Shown: in pieces, positions 52,679-63,260 of the stretch
Position numbering within the stretch: position 1 is the stretch's first letter
Layout: each line of letters begins with the position of its first letter
Assembly: GCA_963719225.1 (NCBI GenBank)
Contig: CAVRAY010000001.1
Location: forward strand, 1,088,001 to 1,152,000
DNA from: Thermoanaerobaculia bacterium
GTDB lineage: Bacteria > Acidobacteriota > Thermoanaerobaculia > UBA5066
Length of the DNA stretch: 64,000 nt
Direction: 5' to 3'
Made by a program: the position numbers and the translations under genes
Notes under the pieces: generated by a model
The model's database searches: none
Seen by the model: only the letters and a program-made list of their open reading frames with translations
Told to the model about the DNA's origin: nothing

Positions 52679-52938
52679 CGGTGGCTTTGCCGCTCCTCCA
52701 GAAGAATTTCCACGATGTCGCGCTTCGTCTTCAGAGGGGGCGGCAGCTTCACCCTGCCCGGCGGAGGCACACCGGGCTCGGGCCGGTGGACCACGAGTAC
52801 TTCCCGCTTCTCTTCGACCGGGACGAGGCGCGCCACGGGGATGTCCCGGTTTGTGACCGTCACGGTCCTCCCGCGTCGCGCGAGGCGCACGTAATGTGAA
52901 AGCCGCGCCTTCAGGTCCGCGATGGAAACGCTGCTCAT
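52675..52938 (-). CDS. Phd/YefM antitoxin
   Basis: SIADLKARLS.Y, G.TVTVT.R..PVARLVP; inverted repeat over the start. Confidence 0.9.
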   Translation of the reverse strand: MSSVSIADLKARLSHYVRLARRGRTVTVTNRDIPVARLVPVEEKREVLVVHRPEPGVPPPGRVKLPPPLKTKRDIVEILLEERQSHR

Positions 52939-52991
52939 GACCAGATCATAGTCCTTTCTAGTCATCCGGCGCAGCAAGATTCCCCGTCCCC

Positions 52992-54848
52992 CTATGCCGC
53001 CGCCTCGCGGTCCTTGAGCTGGAGCGCGTAGAGGCGGGCGTAGAGGCCGTTCTTCGCGAGGAGCTCCGCGTGCGTGCCGGACTCCTTCACCTCGCCGTGG
53101 GAGAGGACGAGGATCTCGTCGGCCCGCACGATCGTCGAGAGGCGGTGGGCGACGACGATCGACGTGCGGCCCGAGAGGACCCGTTGGACGGCGCGCTCGA
53201 TCGTCTTCTCCGTCTCGGGATCGACGGAGGACGTCGCCTCGTCGAGGATGAGGACGCGCGGATCGCGCGCGAGCGCGCGGGCGAAGGCGACGAGCTGCTT
53301 CTCGCCCACCGAGAGGCCGCCGCCGCGCTCGGAGAGCTTCGCGTCGAGGCCTCCCGGGATGCGCGCGAGGAGCGGCGCGAGGCCGACCTCGATGCAGGCC
53401 TCCTCGATCCGCGCGCGCGGCATGTCGGGATCGAAGAAGGAGACGTTGTCCGCGATCGTCCCGGTGAAGAGGAACGTGTCCTGCAGGACGATGCCGAAGT
53501 GCTCGCGCAGGCGGACGGGGTCGTACCGGCGGACGTCCGTGCCGTCCACGAGGACGCGCCCCGAGGTCACGTCGTAGAAGCGCAGGAGGAGGTTCAGGAC
53601 CGTGGACTTGCCCGCGCCCGTCGCGCCCACGAGAGCGACCGTGCGCCCGGGCGGCACCTGGAAGGAGACGCCCTTCAGGATCTCCTCGCCTTTCTTGTAG
53701 GAGAAGCGCACGTCTTCGAAGGCGACGTCGCCGCGAAGGGGTCCCCTCGGGGCGACCGGATCCGCGGGCACCGCGATCTCCGGCTGCGCGTCGAGGAGCT
53801 GGAAGATCCGCTCGGAGGACGCCATCGCGGCCTGCAGGATGTTGTACTTCTCGGAGAGGTCCATGAGCGGGCGGTAGAAGCGCTTGCTGTACTGGAGAAA
53901 CGCGACGACCGCGCCGATCGTCATGCGGCCGCGGAGCACCTCGCCGCCGCCGTACCACACGATCGACGCCATGCCGACCGCCGACAGGAAGTCGAGAGCG
54001 GGATAGAAGACCGAGTAGTAGAAGATCGAGTCGATGTTCGCCTGGCGGTGCGCGTCGTTCACCGCGGCGAAGCTGCGGCGCGACACCGGCTCGTGGCGGA
54101 AGAGCTGCACGACGTTCATTCCGGAGATGTGCTCCTGGAGGAACGCGTTCACGCGGGCGATCTTCACGCGCACGTCGCGGTAGGTGTCGCGCGCTCCCTT
54201 GCGGAACCAGTTCGTCACCCAGAGCATCGGGAGGAGGATCGCGAACGTGATCGCGGCGAGCTTCGTATCGAGCGCGAAGAGGACCGCCACGATCCCCGCG
54301 AGAGCCGCGACGTCGCCGAGGAGCGCGACGAAGCCCGAGGTGAAGAGCTCGTTCAGGGCGTCGACGTCGGTCGTGAGGCGCGTCATGAGCCGGCCCACGG
54401 GCGTCCGGTCGAAAACGGCGATGTCGGCGCGCTGGAGGTGCGAGAAGATCCTCGTCCTGAGGTCGTACATGACGCCCTGGCCCATCTGCGAGGTCCAGGC
54501 GACCATGACCATCATGAAGACGAACGCGAGCGCGGCCATGAGGACCGAGAGCGCCGCGATCCATTCGATGCCGTGCCCCGCCCTCAGGTCGATGCCGAAA
54601 AACCGGAAGAAGCCGTCGACGCCGTGCGCCGCCGGGCCGGCTCCCGTGGCTCCCTTCGTGAACAGGAGATCGATCGCCGCCGCCATGAGGAGCGGCCCCG
54701 CGAGCTGGGCGAGCGACTCGAGGAGCAGCACGACGACGGACCCGACCACGTAGCGGCGGTACGGCCGCGCGAGCGAGAAGAGCCTCTTCGCGAGGCGCAG
54801 CTCGAAGGCTTTCCCGAGGACCTCCTCGTCGTGAGCGGTTTCGGGCAT
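52992..54848 (-). CDS. ABC exporter, fused TMD-NBD (heterodimer subunit)
   Basis: GATGAGKST, LSVGEKQ, LILDEATS. Confidence 0.93.
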   Translation of the reverse strand: MPETAHDEEVLGKAFELRLAKRLFSLARPYRRYVVGSVVVLLLESLAQLAGPLLMAAAIDLLFTKGATGAGPAAHGVDGFFRFFGIDLRAGHGIEWIAALSVLMAALAFVFMMVMVAWTSQMGQGVMYDLRTRIFSHLQRADIAVFDRTPVGRLMTRLTTDVDALNELFTSGFVALLGDVAALAGIVAVLFALDTKLAAITFAILLPMLWVTNWFRKGARDTYRDVRVKIARVNAFLQEHISGMNVVQLFRHEPVSRRSFAAVNDAHRQANIDSIFYYSVFYPALDFLSAVGMASIVWYGGGEVLRGRMTIGAVVAFLQYSKRFYRPLMDLSEKYNILQAAMASSERIFQLLDAQPEIAVPADPVAPRGPLRGDVAFEDVRFSYKKGEEILKGVSFQVPPGRTVALVGATGAGKSTVLNLLLRFYDVTSGRVLVDGTDVRRYDPVRLREHFGIVLQDTFLFTGTIADNVSFFDPDMPRARIEEACIEVGLAPLLARIPGGLDAKLSERGGGLSVGEKQLVAFARALARDPRVLILDEATSSVDPETEKTIERAVQRVLSGRTSIVVAHRLSTIVRADEILVLSHGEVKESGTHAELLAKNGLYARLYALQLKDREAAA

Positions 54849-56575
54849 CAGGCGGCCTCCATCTCCTCGGCAAGGCGCTGCCGCTCGGCGATCGCCGCGT
54901 AGACGCCGCCTTTCGCGAGGAGCTCCGCGTGCGTGCCCATCTCGGCGATCCGGCCGCCCTCGAGGACGGCCGCGACGTCCGCGTTCTGGAGCGTGGACAG
55001 GCGGTGCGAAACGAGAAAGACGGTCCGCCCTCCGGCGGTGGCCTTGAGCGCGTCGAGGATCTTCGCCTCGGTCTCCGTGTCGACGGACGAGAACGCGTCG
55101 TCGAGGACGAGGACGGGGGCGTCCGTCAGGAGAGCGCGCGCGAGAGCCGCTCGCTGTTTTTGTCCTCCGGAGAGCGTGATTCCGCGCTCGCCCACGAGCG
55201 TGTCGAGGCCCCTGGGAAACCGCGCGACGTCCGGCGCGAGCCCGGCGGCCACGACGGCGCCCTCGATCTCCCCGCGCGTCGCCGTCGGGCGCCCGAAGGC
55301 CACGTTGTTCGCGAGTGTGTCGGAGAAGAGGAACGTCTCCTGCGGCACGACGGCGACGTTCCGGCGGACGACCGGCAGCGGGATCTCCGTCAGGTCGCGG
55401 CCGCCGATGAAGATCGTGCCCTTCGGCGGATCGTCGAGCCTCAAGAGGAGGTTCAACAGCGTGGACTTGCCGGCTCCCGTACGGCCCACGACGGCGACGG
55501 TCGTGCCGGGCGACACCCGGAAGGTGACGTCCGAGAGGATCGGCCGATCTCCGTGCGCGAACGAGAGCCCCCGGAACTCCACCTCTCCCGAAAGGCGCTC
55601 GCCGCTGTCCGCCTCGGAGGGTTGCGGCGCGGCCTCCCAGATGTCCACCATGCGGTTCCACGACGCCGACCCGCGCTGCCAGAGGTTCACGACCCAGCCC
55701 AGCGCGGTCGCCGGCCAGATCAGCTCGATCATGTAGAGGTTGAACTCCACGTACCGCGCGACCGAGAGCTTCCCCGCGAGGATGAAGTGTCCCCCGGCCC
55801 AGAGCGTGAGAGCGAAACCGACGCCGACGAGGAGCTGGAGGAGCGGGAAGTAGAGCGCGTTCAACCGCGCGAGGCCGAGGTTGCGGCGCTTGAACTCGCG
55901 GTTCTTCGCGTCGAACCGCGATTCCTCGCTGGCCTCGCGCGCGAAGGCGCGTACGAGGCGGGCGCCGGAGAAGTTCTCCTGTGCTTCGGCGGAGATCTCG
56001 GCGAAGAACTCCTGGATCTTCGTGAAGCGCCGGTGCGTCGCCTGGCCCATCACCTTCGTCGCGATGGCGACGATCGGCAGCACCGCGAGGGCGACGCCCG
56101 TCAGGGCGGGCGACACCATGAACATGAGCGCGAGCGCCACGCCGCCGACGAAGAACGTGTTCGCGGCCTGCATGATCCCGGGACCGAGCAGCATGCGCAC
56201 GGCCGAGAGGTCGTTGACGGCGCGGCTCATGAGGTCGCCCACGCGGTTCTTCCGGTACCACGGCGCGGGAAGGCGCAGCAGGTGCTCGAAGAGGTCCTGC
56301 CGCATCTCGTACTCGATGTGGCGCGAGGCGCCGATCAGGATGCGCCGCGTGAGGAAGAGGGCGATCGCGTCGCCCACGGCGAGGAGCACGATGAGCGCCG
56401 CGAGGCGGAAGAGCCGCTCCGGGGTCACGCCCGCGTCGAGCTCCTCGATCGCACGGCGCACGATGCCCGGCATCGCGAGGAAGAGGCCCGTCGAGGCCAG
56501 GATCGATGCGAAGCCGGCCGCATAGGCGCCGGGACGGCGACGGAAATAGCTCAGGAAGCGGGGGAGGTCTCTCAT
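54848..56575 (-). CDS. ABC exporter, fused TMD-NBD (degenerate-site subunit)
   Basis: GRTGAGKST, LSGGQKQR, LDDAFS. Confidence 0.93.
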   Translation of the reverse strand: MRDLPRFLSYFRRRPGAYAAGFASILASTGLFLAMPGIVRRAIEELDAGVTPERLFRLAALIVLLAVGDAIALFLTRRILIGASRHIEYEMRQDLFEHLLRLPAPWYRKNRVGDLMSRAVNDLSAVRMLLGPGIMQAANTFFVGGVALALMFMVSPALTGVALAVLPIVAIATKVMGQATHRRFTKIQEFFAEISAEAQENFSGARLVRAFAREASEESRFDAKNREFKRRNLGLARLNALYFPLLQLLVGVGFALTLWAGGHFILAGKLSVARYVEFNLYMIELIWPATALGWVVNLWQRGSASWNRMVDIWEAAPQPSEADSGERLSGEVEFRGLSFAHGDRPILSDVTFRVSPGTTVAVVGRTGAGKSTLLNLLLRLDDPPKGTIFIGGRDLTEIPLPVVRRNVAVVPQETFLFSDTLANNVAFGRPTATRGEIEGAVVAAGLAPDVARFPRGLDTLVGERGITLSGGQKQRAALARALLTDAPVLVLDDAFSSVDTETEAKILDALKATAGGRTVFLVSHRLSTLQNADVAAVLEGGRIAEMGTHAELLAKGGVYAAIAERQRLAEEMEAA

Positions 56576-56700
56576 CTCGGGAGAAGCGGGGCGCGAGGAA
56601 ACGGACGTTCCAGGGCCGCCTTGCGAAATATACAGGACGTTGATGCCGACGCATCATGGACGCCCGGGCCCGAAAGGCCCCAATAGAGAAGGGGGATCCT

Positions 56701-57255
56701 ATGAGTATCCCGTTCGTCCTTCTCGCCCTCCTGGTTCTCGGCCTCCTGACAGCGCTCGTGCTGATTCCGATCGTGCGCGTTTACCGCGGCACGCGCCTCG
56801 TGGCGTGCCCCGAGACGAAGCGGCCGGCCGCCGTGGAGCTCGACGCGATGCGCGCGGCCTTCACGCTGCTCGGGGACGAGCCCGGGCGGTTTCGCCTGAC
56901 GAGCTGCTCGCGCTGGCCCGAAAAGGCGGGGTGCGGGCAGGAATGCCTCTCCGAGGTCGAGCGCGATCCCGGCGCGTGCCTCGTGAGGACGATCGTGGCG
57001 GGATGGTACCGGGGACGGTCGTGCGCCTTCTGCGGGAAGCAGATTCCCGAGGTGACGTGGACGGAGCACCGGCCGGCGCTCGTCGCGCCCGACGGGGTCA
57101 CGGTCTCGTGGACGGATGTGAAGCCGGAAACGCTGCCCGAACTCTTCGCGACGCACAAGCCCGTGTGCTGGGACTGCCACGTCGTGCAGAGCCTCATTCG
57201 CGAGCGCCCGGACGCCATCACCGTGCGCCCGGAGCGGGAGCATCTCTGGAGCTGA
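56701..57255 (+). CDS. Membrane-anchored Cys-rich hypothetical protein
   Basis: TM; CPET, CSRWPE, CGQECL, CAFC, CWDCH. Confidence 0.75.
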   Translation: MSIPFVLLALLVLGLLTALVLIPIVRVYRGTRLVACPETKRPAAVELDAMRAAFTLLGDEPGRFRLTSCSRWPEKAGCGQECLSEVERDPGACLVRTIVAGWYRGRSCAFCGKQIPEVTWTEHRPALVAPDGVTVSWTDVKPETLPELFATHKPVCWDCHVVQSLIRERPDAITVRPEREHLWS

Positions 57256-57280
57256 GGAAGCGGGGTTCGGGAGGTACGTC

Positions 57281-57550
57281 ATGACCATGCTCGTCGCGGG
57301 ACTGATCATTCTCGCCATCGCCTTTTCCGTGATCGGCTTCCTGTGGGTTCTGCCGGCCTGGCGCGACTACAAAGGGACGAAGAGCGTCACGTGCCCGGAA
57401 ACAGGCCAGTCCGCGACCGTGGAGGTCGACGCCGCCCGCGTCGCGCGCACCGCGTGGGCCGGCGTGCCCGAGGTCCGCCTGAAGAACTGCACGCGCTGGC
57501 CCGAGCGCGCCACGTGCGGGCAGGATTGCCTGCTCCAGGTGGAGGGGTAG
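57281..57550 (+). CDS. Short paralogue of the preceding Cys-rich protein
   Basis: TM; CPET, CTRWPE, CGQDCL. Confidence 0.75.
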   Translation: MTMLVAGLIILAIAFSVIGFLWVLPAWRDYKGTKSVTCPETGQSATVEVDAARVARTAWAGVPEVRLKNCTRWPERATCGQDCLLQVEG

Positions 57551-57878
57551 AAGCCGACCCAGGCTTTCGTGCCCCTCGGGGAGATCGAGGCCTGGATCTC
57601 GGGCTACCCGAGCGAGAAGAGGATCCTCCGCAAGGCACGAGAGCGGACGGCAGCCGTCGGCGCCGATGCGCTCGTCCTCGACCGCGAGCGCGACATGCTG
57701 TGGGGACCGCCGACCGTCGGAAATACCGGCGAATCAGACAGAAACATGAAGCTGATCTATGTCAGATTCGCGGCAATCCGGTTTCTTCCCGAAGGCCCAT
57801 CCCAAAACCCGTAGCGCCCGGCCGAGCGGCACCGAAGACAAGGAGGTAAAGACCTCGTAGAATTCGTGCCGAGGGCTT

Positions 57879-58148
57879 ATGAGTCGTGTTGCTGCCAAGA
57901 CCGGCAAGAAAAGAACATCCACCGCGGGCACATTCGTCATGACGAAGTCGGCTACCGGGCGTTTTCTCGACCGAGACCGTCTGGTCCTTCGTCGAGGGGG
58001 CAGGGCCGTGGGAGTCGTAATCTCGATGGACGAGCTGCATTACTTTGAGGAGCTCGAGGACCGGCTGGACGTCCGAGATGCCGAGAAAGCTCTGGCCGAC
58101 CCCAAGCGGATTCCCTACGAAGAGGTCCGACGCAAGCTCGGTCTGTAG
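57879..58148 (+). CDS. Phd/RelB-like antitoxin
   Basis: R.VL.R.GR.V.VVIS, EELEDRLD, EEVRRKLGL; palindrome at 57843-57856 next to a TAGAAT -10. Confidence 0.8.
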   Translation: MSRVAAKTGKKRTSTAGTFVMTKSATGRFLDRDRLVLRRGGRAVGVVISMDELHYFEELEDRLDVRDAEKALADPKRIPYEEVRRKLGL

Positions 58149-58414
58149 TGGCCTACGAACTCGAGGTCACGAACACCGCGGAGCGGGATCTACTGGCTCT
58201 ATCTCGGAAAATGAGGCTGCGGGTCGACGCCAAGATCCTCACCCTGGCTGATCAACCGCGCCCCGACGGCGTCGTTAAGCTCAAGGGCACCAAGGGTGAT
58301 CTCTGGCGCGTCCGCGTCGGCACCTTTCGGATTCTCTATGCTGTCGACGACGTAAAGAAGATCATCGAGATCTCGCGTGTCCTCGACAGAAAAGAGGCCT
58401 ACCGCGGCCTCTGA
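58148..58414 (+). CDS. relE: RelE/ParE toxin
   Basis: PRP.G..KLKG, WRVRVG.FRILY, RKEAYR. Confidence 0.9.
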   Translation: MAYELEVTNTAERDLLALSRKMRLRVDAKILTLADQPRPDGVVKLKGTKGDLWRVRVGTFRILYAVDDVKKIIEISRVLDRKEAYRGL

Positions 58415-58427
58415 CGCGTTCTCCCCC

Positions 58428-58727
58428 CTACCGCCCCGGCACACCGAGCCAGCCGCGCGTGCCGTAGTCCGCGGCCAGGAGCAGGAAGAGGATGAACAGG
58501 AAGAACAGGCCGGACATGATGACGACCGGCACGAGCTTCGTGTTTCCCTTCACGTGCATGAAATAGAGGATGACGAGCGTGGCCTTCGCGACCGCGATGC
58601 CGAGGGCCACGAAGTTGTTCGCGGGCCCGAGGTTCACGAAGGCCGCGAAGACCGTCAGCGCCGTGAACGCCATGAGCGCCAGGAACACGGCGAAATACGT
58701 CTTGAGAGGCTGGACGTGCACCGACAT
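58428..58727 (-). CDS. ctaF: Cytochrome c oxidase subunit IV
   Basis: KA.LV..YFMH; three TM helices. Confidence 0.88.
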   Translation of the reverse strand: MSVHVQPLKTYFAVFLALMAFTALTVFAAFVNLGPANNFVALGIAVAKATLVILYFMHVKGNTKLVPVVIMSGLFFLFILFLLLAADYGTRGWLGVPGR

Positions 58728-59374
58728 CAGTGCCTCCCGATGAGATAGAGGAGCGGGAAGAGGAAGATCCACACGAGGTCGACGAAGTGCCAGTAGAGGC
58801 CCGTCCCCTCGAGGAAGTTGTGGTTCTCGGGCGTGTACGCGCCGCCGGCGGCCCGCTTCGCGACGTACACCACGAGGACGATCCCGATGACCATGTGGAG
58901 CGCGTGGAGCCCCGTCATCAGGAAGTAGAGGCTGAAGAAGAGCTGCGCGTGCCCGGCGTCGGGCCCCTCGAAGTGGAAGCTCGCGCCCGGGACGTGGTGC
59001 TCGACGAACTTCTCGTGGTATTCGAATCCCTTCACGACGAGGAAGGTCGTCCCGAGGAGAAGCGTGAGAACGAGGAAGAGAGCCGAGAGCTTTCCCTTGC
59101 CGGTCTGGCCCCCGCGCACGGCGAGCGCCATCGTGAGCGAGCTCGCGATGAGGACGACGGTGTTGAACGTGCCGAGCTGGATCGAAAGCGTGTGGCTGGA
59201 GGCCCGGAAGACCTCCGGATAGAGCGAGCGGTAGAGGGCGTACGCCGCGAAGAGGCCGCCGAAGAACAGGATCTCCGTGACGAGAAAGATCCAGATCCCG
59301 AGCGAGGCGGAGTCCTTCTGCTGCTCGTAGCTGTCGAAATGGTGTGCGAGCGTCCCGTGCGCGTCAGGAGCCAA
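58727..59374 (-). CDS. ctaE: Cytochrome c oxidase subunit III
   Basis: FLVTE.LFF, TGLH.LH, YWHFVD.VW. Confidence 0.93.
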   Translation of the reverse strand: MAPDAHGTLAHHFDSYEQQKDSASLGIWIFLVTEILFFGGLFAAYALYRSLYPEVFRASSHTLSIQLGTFNTVVLIASSLTMALAVRGGQTGKGKLSALFLVLTLLLGTTFLVVKGFEYHEKFVEHHVPGASFHFEGPDAGHAQLFFSLYFLMTGLHALHMVIGIVLVVYVAKRAAGGAYTPENHNFLEGTGLYWHFVDLVWIFLFPLLYLIGRH

Positions 59375-61034
59375 CGGCCACCTCCGGGGAAGGTCCTCGC
59401 GCCGGATAGGTGTACGGCGGCGCGATGACGACCGGTTGGACCTTGAAGTTCTCGACGGGCGGCGGCGACGTCGTCTGCCACTCGAGGCCCGTCGCCCCCC
59501 ACGGGTTCGGAGGGGCCTTCGGGCCGTAGCGCATCGACCAGATGAAGTAGACGAGAGGCATGAGGTAGCCGAAGCCGAGGATCGTCGCGCCCGCGGACGA
59601 CATGACGTTCAGGACCTGGAACTCCGGCGGGTAGGCGTGATAGCGCCGCGGCATTCCGAGGTAGCCCAGGATGAACTGCGGGAAGAACGTGACGTTGAAC
59701 CCGACGAAGACGGTGAGCGCCGACAGCTTCGACCAGAAAGCCGGATAGAGCCGGCCCGTGATTTTCGGCCACCAGAAGTGCAGGCCGCCGAGGTAGCCCA
59801 TGATCGCGCCGCCCACCATGATGTAGTGGAAGTGCGCGATGATGAAATACGTGTCGTGCACGTGCGCGTCGATGCCGAGCGTCGCGAGCATGACGCCGGT
59901 CAGCCCGCCGATCGTGAAGAGGCCGATGAACCCGAGCGCGTAGATCATCGGCGTGTCCCACGAGATCGAGCCCTTGTAGAGCGTGGCCGTCCAGTTGAAG
60001 ACCTTGATGGCCGAGGGCACCGCGACGAGCATCGAGAGGACCGAGAAGACGACGCCGGCGTAGATCGACTGGCCCGCCACGAACATGTGATGGCCCCACA
60101 CGAGGAAGCCCAGGACCGCGATGCCGATGGAGGCGAAGGCGACGAACCTGTAGCCGAAGATCGGCTTTCGCGCGAACGTGGCCACGAGCTCCGAGATGAC
60201 GCCCATGGACGGCAGAATCATGATGTAGACGGCGGGATGCGAGTAGAACCAGAAGAGGTGCTGGAAGAGGACGGGATCGCCGCCGAGCTTCGGGTCGAAG
60301 ACCCCGATGTGAAGCGCGCGCTCGGCCGCGACGAGGAGGATCGTGATCGCGATGACCGGCGTCCCGAGGATCTGGATGATGCTCGTCGCGTAGTGGCCCC
60401 ACACGAAGAGCGGCAGCCGGAACCACGTGAGGCCCGGCGCGCGCATGCGGTGGATCGTGACGACGAAGTTCAGGCCCGTCAGGATCGACGAGAAGCCGGC
60501 GATGAAGATGCCGACCCCCACGGTGATCACGGACGTATTCACGTAGTTCGTCGAGAGCGGCGTGTAGAACGTCCATCCCGTGTCGACGCCGCCGTGGAGG
60601 AGAGCCCAGAGCGTGAGCGCGCCGCCGATCGTGTAGAGGTACCAGGAGAAGAGGTTGATGCGCGGGAACGCGAGGTCCTTGGCGCCGATCATGAGCGGGA
60701 TCAGGAAATTCCCGAGGACGGCGGGGATCCCGGGGATCAGGAAGAAGAAGATCATCAGGACGCCGTGCATCGTGAACAGGCGGTTGTAGATGTCCGGCTG
60801 GAAGAGATCACCTTCCGGCGTCGCGAGCTCCATGCGGATGAGGACCGCCATGAGGCCGCCGAGCGCGAAGAAGACGCTGATCGAGACGAGATAGAGAAGC
60901 GCGATCCTCTTGTGGTCCCTCGTCAACAGCCACGATTTCAAGCCGTACGCGGCGTTGAGGTAATGGACGCGCGGGCTGCCGTCCGCGTGCGTCGTCCCCG
61001 GCGCGGGGTCCCGGGGCGCTTTCGCCGCGGTCAT
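59364..61034 (-). CDS. ctaD: Cytochrome c oxidase subunit I (A2 type)
   Basis: [28 protein letters not shown]. Confidence 0.96.
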   Translation of the reverse strand: MTAAKAPRDPAPGTTHADGSPRVHYLNAAYGLKSWLLTRDHKRIALLYLVSISVFFALGGLMAVLIRMELATPEGDLFQPDIYNRLFTMHGVLMIFFFLIPGIPAVLGNFLIPLMIGAKDLAFPRINLFSWYLYTIGGALTLWALLHGGVDTGWTFYTPLSTNYVNTSVITVGVGIFIAGFSSILTGLNFVVTIHRMRAPGLTWFRLPLFVWGHYATSIIQILGTPVIAITILLVAAERALHIGVFDPKLGGDPVLFQHLFWFYSHPAVYIMILPSMGVISELVATFARKPIFGYRFVAFASIGIAVLGFLVWGHHMFVAGQSIYAGVVFSVLSMLVAVPSAIKVFNWTATLYKGSISWDTPMIYALGFIGLFTIGGLTGVMLATLGIDAHVHDTYFIIAHFHYIMVGGAIMGYLGGLHFWWPKITGRLYPAFWSKLSALTVFVGFNVTFFPQFILGYLGMPRRYHAYPPEFQVLNVMSSAGATILGFGYLMPLVYFIWSMRYGPKAPPNPWGATGLEWQTTSPPPVENFKVQPVVIAPPYTYPARGPSPEVAVGS

Positions 61035-62002
61035 TTCCGGACCTCCGCCGTCGTGGCCGAAGCGGCCTTGAGCGATTTGACGTAGTTGACGAGCTGGATG
61101 AGCTCCTCCTCGGAAACCTGCCCCTTGAACGTGGGCATGACGGGCTGGTAGCCCGCCACGACCTTCGCGGCGGGGTTCAGGATCGATTCGCGGACGTAGT
61201 CCTCGTTCACGAGGGCCTTCGTGCCGTCGTTCAGGGAGGCGTGCGTCCCGAACACCCCGTTCAGGATCGGCGCGCGCGCCGAGCTGTCGGGCCGGTGGCA
61301 CGTGTTGCAGGACTTCGCGACGAACAGATCCTCGCCGGACGCGACCGCGGAGGGCCCCGTCTTCTCGCCCGCGAGCCAGGCCTCGTAGGCGCGCGGCTCC
61401 ATGACGACGATGTGGCCGACCATCTTCGAGTGCTCGACGCCGCAGTACTGGCCGCAGAAGAGATGGAACGAGCCGGTGCGGTTCGCCTTGAACCAGTACG
61501 TCGTGTAGCGCGAGGGGAGGACGTCCACGTGGACGCGGAACGCCGGCACGTAGAAGTCGTGGATGACGTCCTCGGAGATCATCCTCAGCCGCACCGCCCT
61601 GCCGACCGGGACGTGAAGCTCGTTGATCTCGCGCCGCCCGTCGGGATGCTGGATCTTCCACATCCACTGGCGGCCCGTGACCCAGTACTCCACCGCGCCC
61701 GCGGGCGGCCGGTTCTGCTCGAAGAAGACCTTCGTGCCCCACCCGAAGAGGACCAGGAGAAGGGTGAGCGGGATGACGGACCACACGAGCTCGAGGACGT
61801 GGGATTTCGGGTTCGTCTCGTAGATGTCGACCCCGACCTCGTCGTCCTTCCGGCGCCGGTACTTCACCATGAAGACGAGGACGAGAATCGCGATGAGGGC
61901 CGAGAAGAAGACGAGACCCGAGAGCGCGAAGAGCATGAGGTGGTCGACGGACCTGGCGACGTCCGAAGCCTGCTCGGGGAGGAGCGGCGAGCCCGGGATC
62001 AT
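61031..62002 (-). CDS. ctaC: Cytochrome c oxidase subunit II with fused cytochrome c (caa3)
   Basis: [21 protein letters not shown]. Confidence 0.95.
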   Translation of the reverse strand: MIPGSPLLPEQASDVARSVDHLMLFALSGLVFFSALIAILVLVFMVKYRRRKDDEVGVDIYETNPKSHVLELVWSVIPLTLLLVLFGWGTKVFFEQNRPPAGAVEYWVTGRQWMWKIQHPDGRREINELHVPVGRAVRLRMISEDVIHDFYVPAFRVHVDVLPSRYTTYWFKANRTGSFHLFCGQYCGVEHSKMVGHIVVMEPRAYEAWLAGEKTGPSAVASGEDLFVAKSCNTCHRPDSSARAPILNGVFGTHASLNDGTKALVNEDYVRESILNPAAKVVAGYQPVMPTFKGQVSEEELIQLVNYVKSLKAASATTAEVRK

Positions 62003-62832
62003 CGGGGCGCCCCCGCGCGCTCGCGCCGCAGCATGATCGTCACGAAGCCCGCGACGAGGACGAGCGTGATCACCGCGCCGCCCCGCACGAGGTTGCGCAC
62101 CGTGGCCGTGTAGCGGCCCGCCTTCGGGTCGTAGTGGAAGCAGAGAAGGAGGAGCTGGTCGACGACGTTGCCGATCCTCTCCTCCGACGCCTCGATGAGC
62201 GCGAGGCGGAGGTCCTTCGCCGGGTATTCGATCCCGAAGAACACCTTCGCGATGCGCCCCTGCGGAGTCAGGACCGTGATGCCGGTCGCGTGCGCGAATT
62301 GCTTCTGTTCCGCGTCCCAGACGTACCGGAACCCGAGGGCCTTCGTGAGCGCCGCGACGGATGCGGCGTCGCCGGTCAGGAAATGCCATCCGCCCGGCCC
62401 GCTCTGCCGCCCGTATTGCGCCATGACCGTGCGCTTCTTCTCGGACGCCATCTCGGCCGTCTCGCGCGGGTCGAAGCTCACGGACAGGATCTCGTAGTCG
62501 GCGCCCGGCTCGAACCTGAGGGCGCGCACGCTCCTCACGAGGCCGTCGGTCGTCATGCCGCAGAGCATCGGGCAGTTGAAGTAGACGAGGGACAGGACGA
62601 CGGGACGTTTCCCGAAGTACTTCGAGAGGCGGACGCTTGCACCGGTCTCGTCGCGGAAGACGAGATCGAGCGGAACCGACTCTCCGAGCCGCTGGTCGAA
62701 TCCGACGTCCTTGACGGGAGGCGGAGGAAGCGGGAGGTCCGGCGGCGGGGAGCCGGGAGCTCCCGAGGCGTCCGCTCGCACGGCGGGAAAGAGGATGAGC
62801 CCGAGGAGCGCGAGACGCACGATGCGCGTCAT
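61999..62832 (-). CDS. SCO family protein
   Basis: CPMLC motif and FAHA. Confidence 0.88.
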   Translation of the reverse strand: MTRIVRLALLGLILFPAVRADASGAPGSPPPDLPLPPPPVKDVGFDQRLGESVPLDLVFRDETGASVRLSKYFGKRPVVLSLVYFNCPMLCGMTTDGLVRSVRALRFEPGADYEILSVSFDPRETAEMASEKKRTVMAQYGRQSGPGGWHFLTGDAASVAALTKALGFRYVWDAEQKQFAHATGITVLTPQGRIAKVFFGIEYPAKDLRLALIEASEERIGNVVDQLLLLCFHYDPKAGRYTATVRNLVRGGAVITLVLVAGFVTIMLRRERAGAPR

Positions 62833-63260
62833 GGCGCAGCCACCGCGGCGGGAGCGGGCGGCATGGGCGGTCGCGGGGGCAGGCCGCGCGCGGTGACGAT
62901 CTCGAGAGCGCGGTCCACCGGGACGCGCGCGACGGACTTCTCGCGATCGACCCAGGCCCACGCCTCAAGCTCTGCGTCCTCGGCGGCGCGGAAAGCCGCG
63001 AGGTCGGAGCTGGGATTCGGCTGCAGGTTCGGCGCCGGGGGCACGCGCGCCTCCCGGGCCTGCGCGAGAGCGGGCGGAGCGGGGTCCTTCCGCGCGAGCG
63101 AGCCCCTGAAGAGCATCGCGACGCCCCACATGAGGCCCATGACGACGAGCGTCACGGCGACGAGCCCCCCGACGAAGGCGAAGATGCCGCGGAAATTCAG
63201 CTCGCCATCGACGGGGCCGCCGGAGGAATCGGGAGCGTGGGACGCCGGCCGCTCAACCAT
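62829..63260 (-). CDS. Single-TM protein (ActG-like) in the ACIII/oxidase operon
   Basis: TM helix, P.P.LQ and WVD....AR.P...A patterns; operon position. Confidence 0.65.
   Translation of the reverse strand: MVERPASHAPDSSGGPVDGELNFRGIFAFVGGLVAVTLVVMGLMWGVAMLFRGSLARKDPAPPALAQAREARVPPAPNLQPNPSSDLAAFRAAEDAELEAWAWVDREKSVARVPVDRALEIVTARGLPPRPPMPPAPAAVAAP

Noticed and set aside
57569-57814. 81-aa ORF as a confident gene
   Set aside because: Looks like a fragment with no clear RBS; insufficient support
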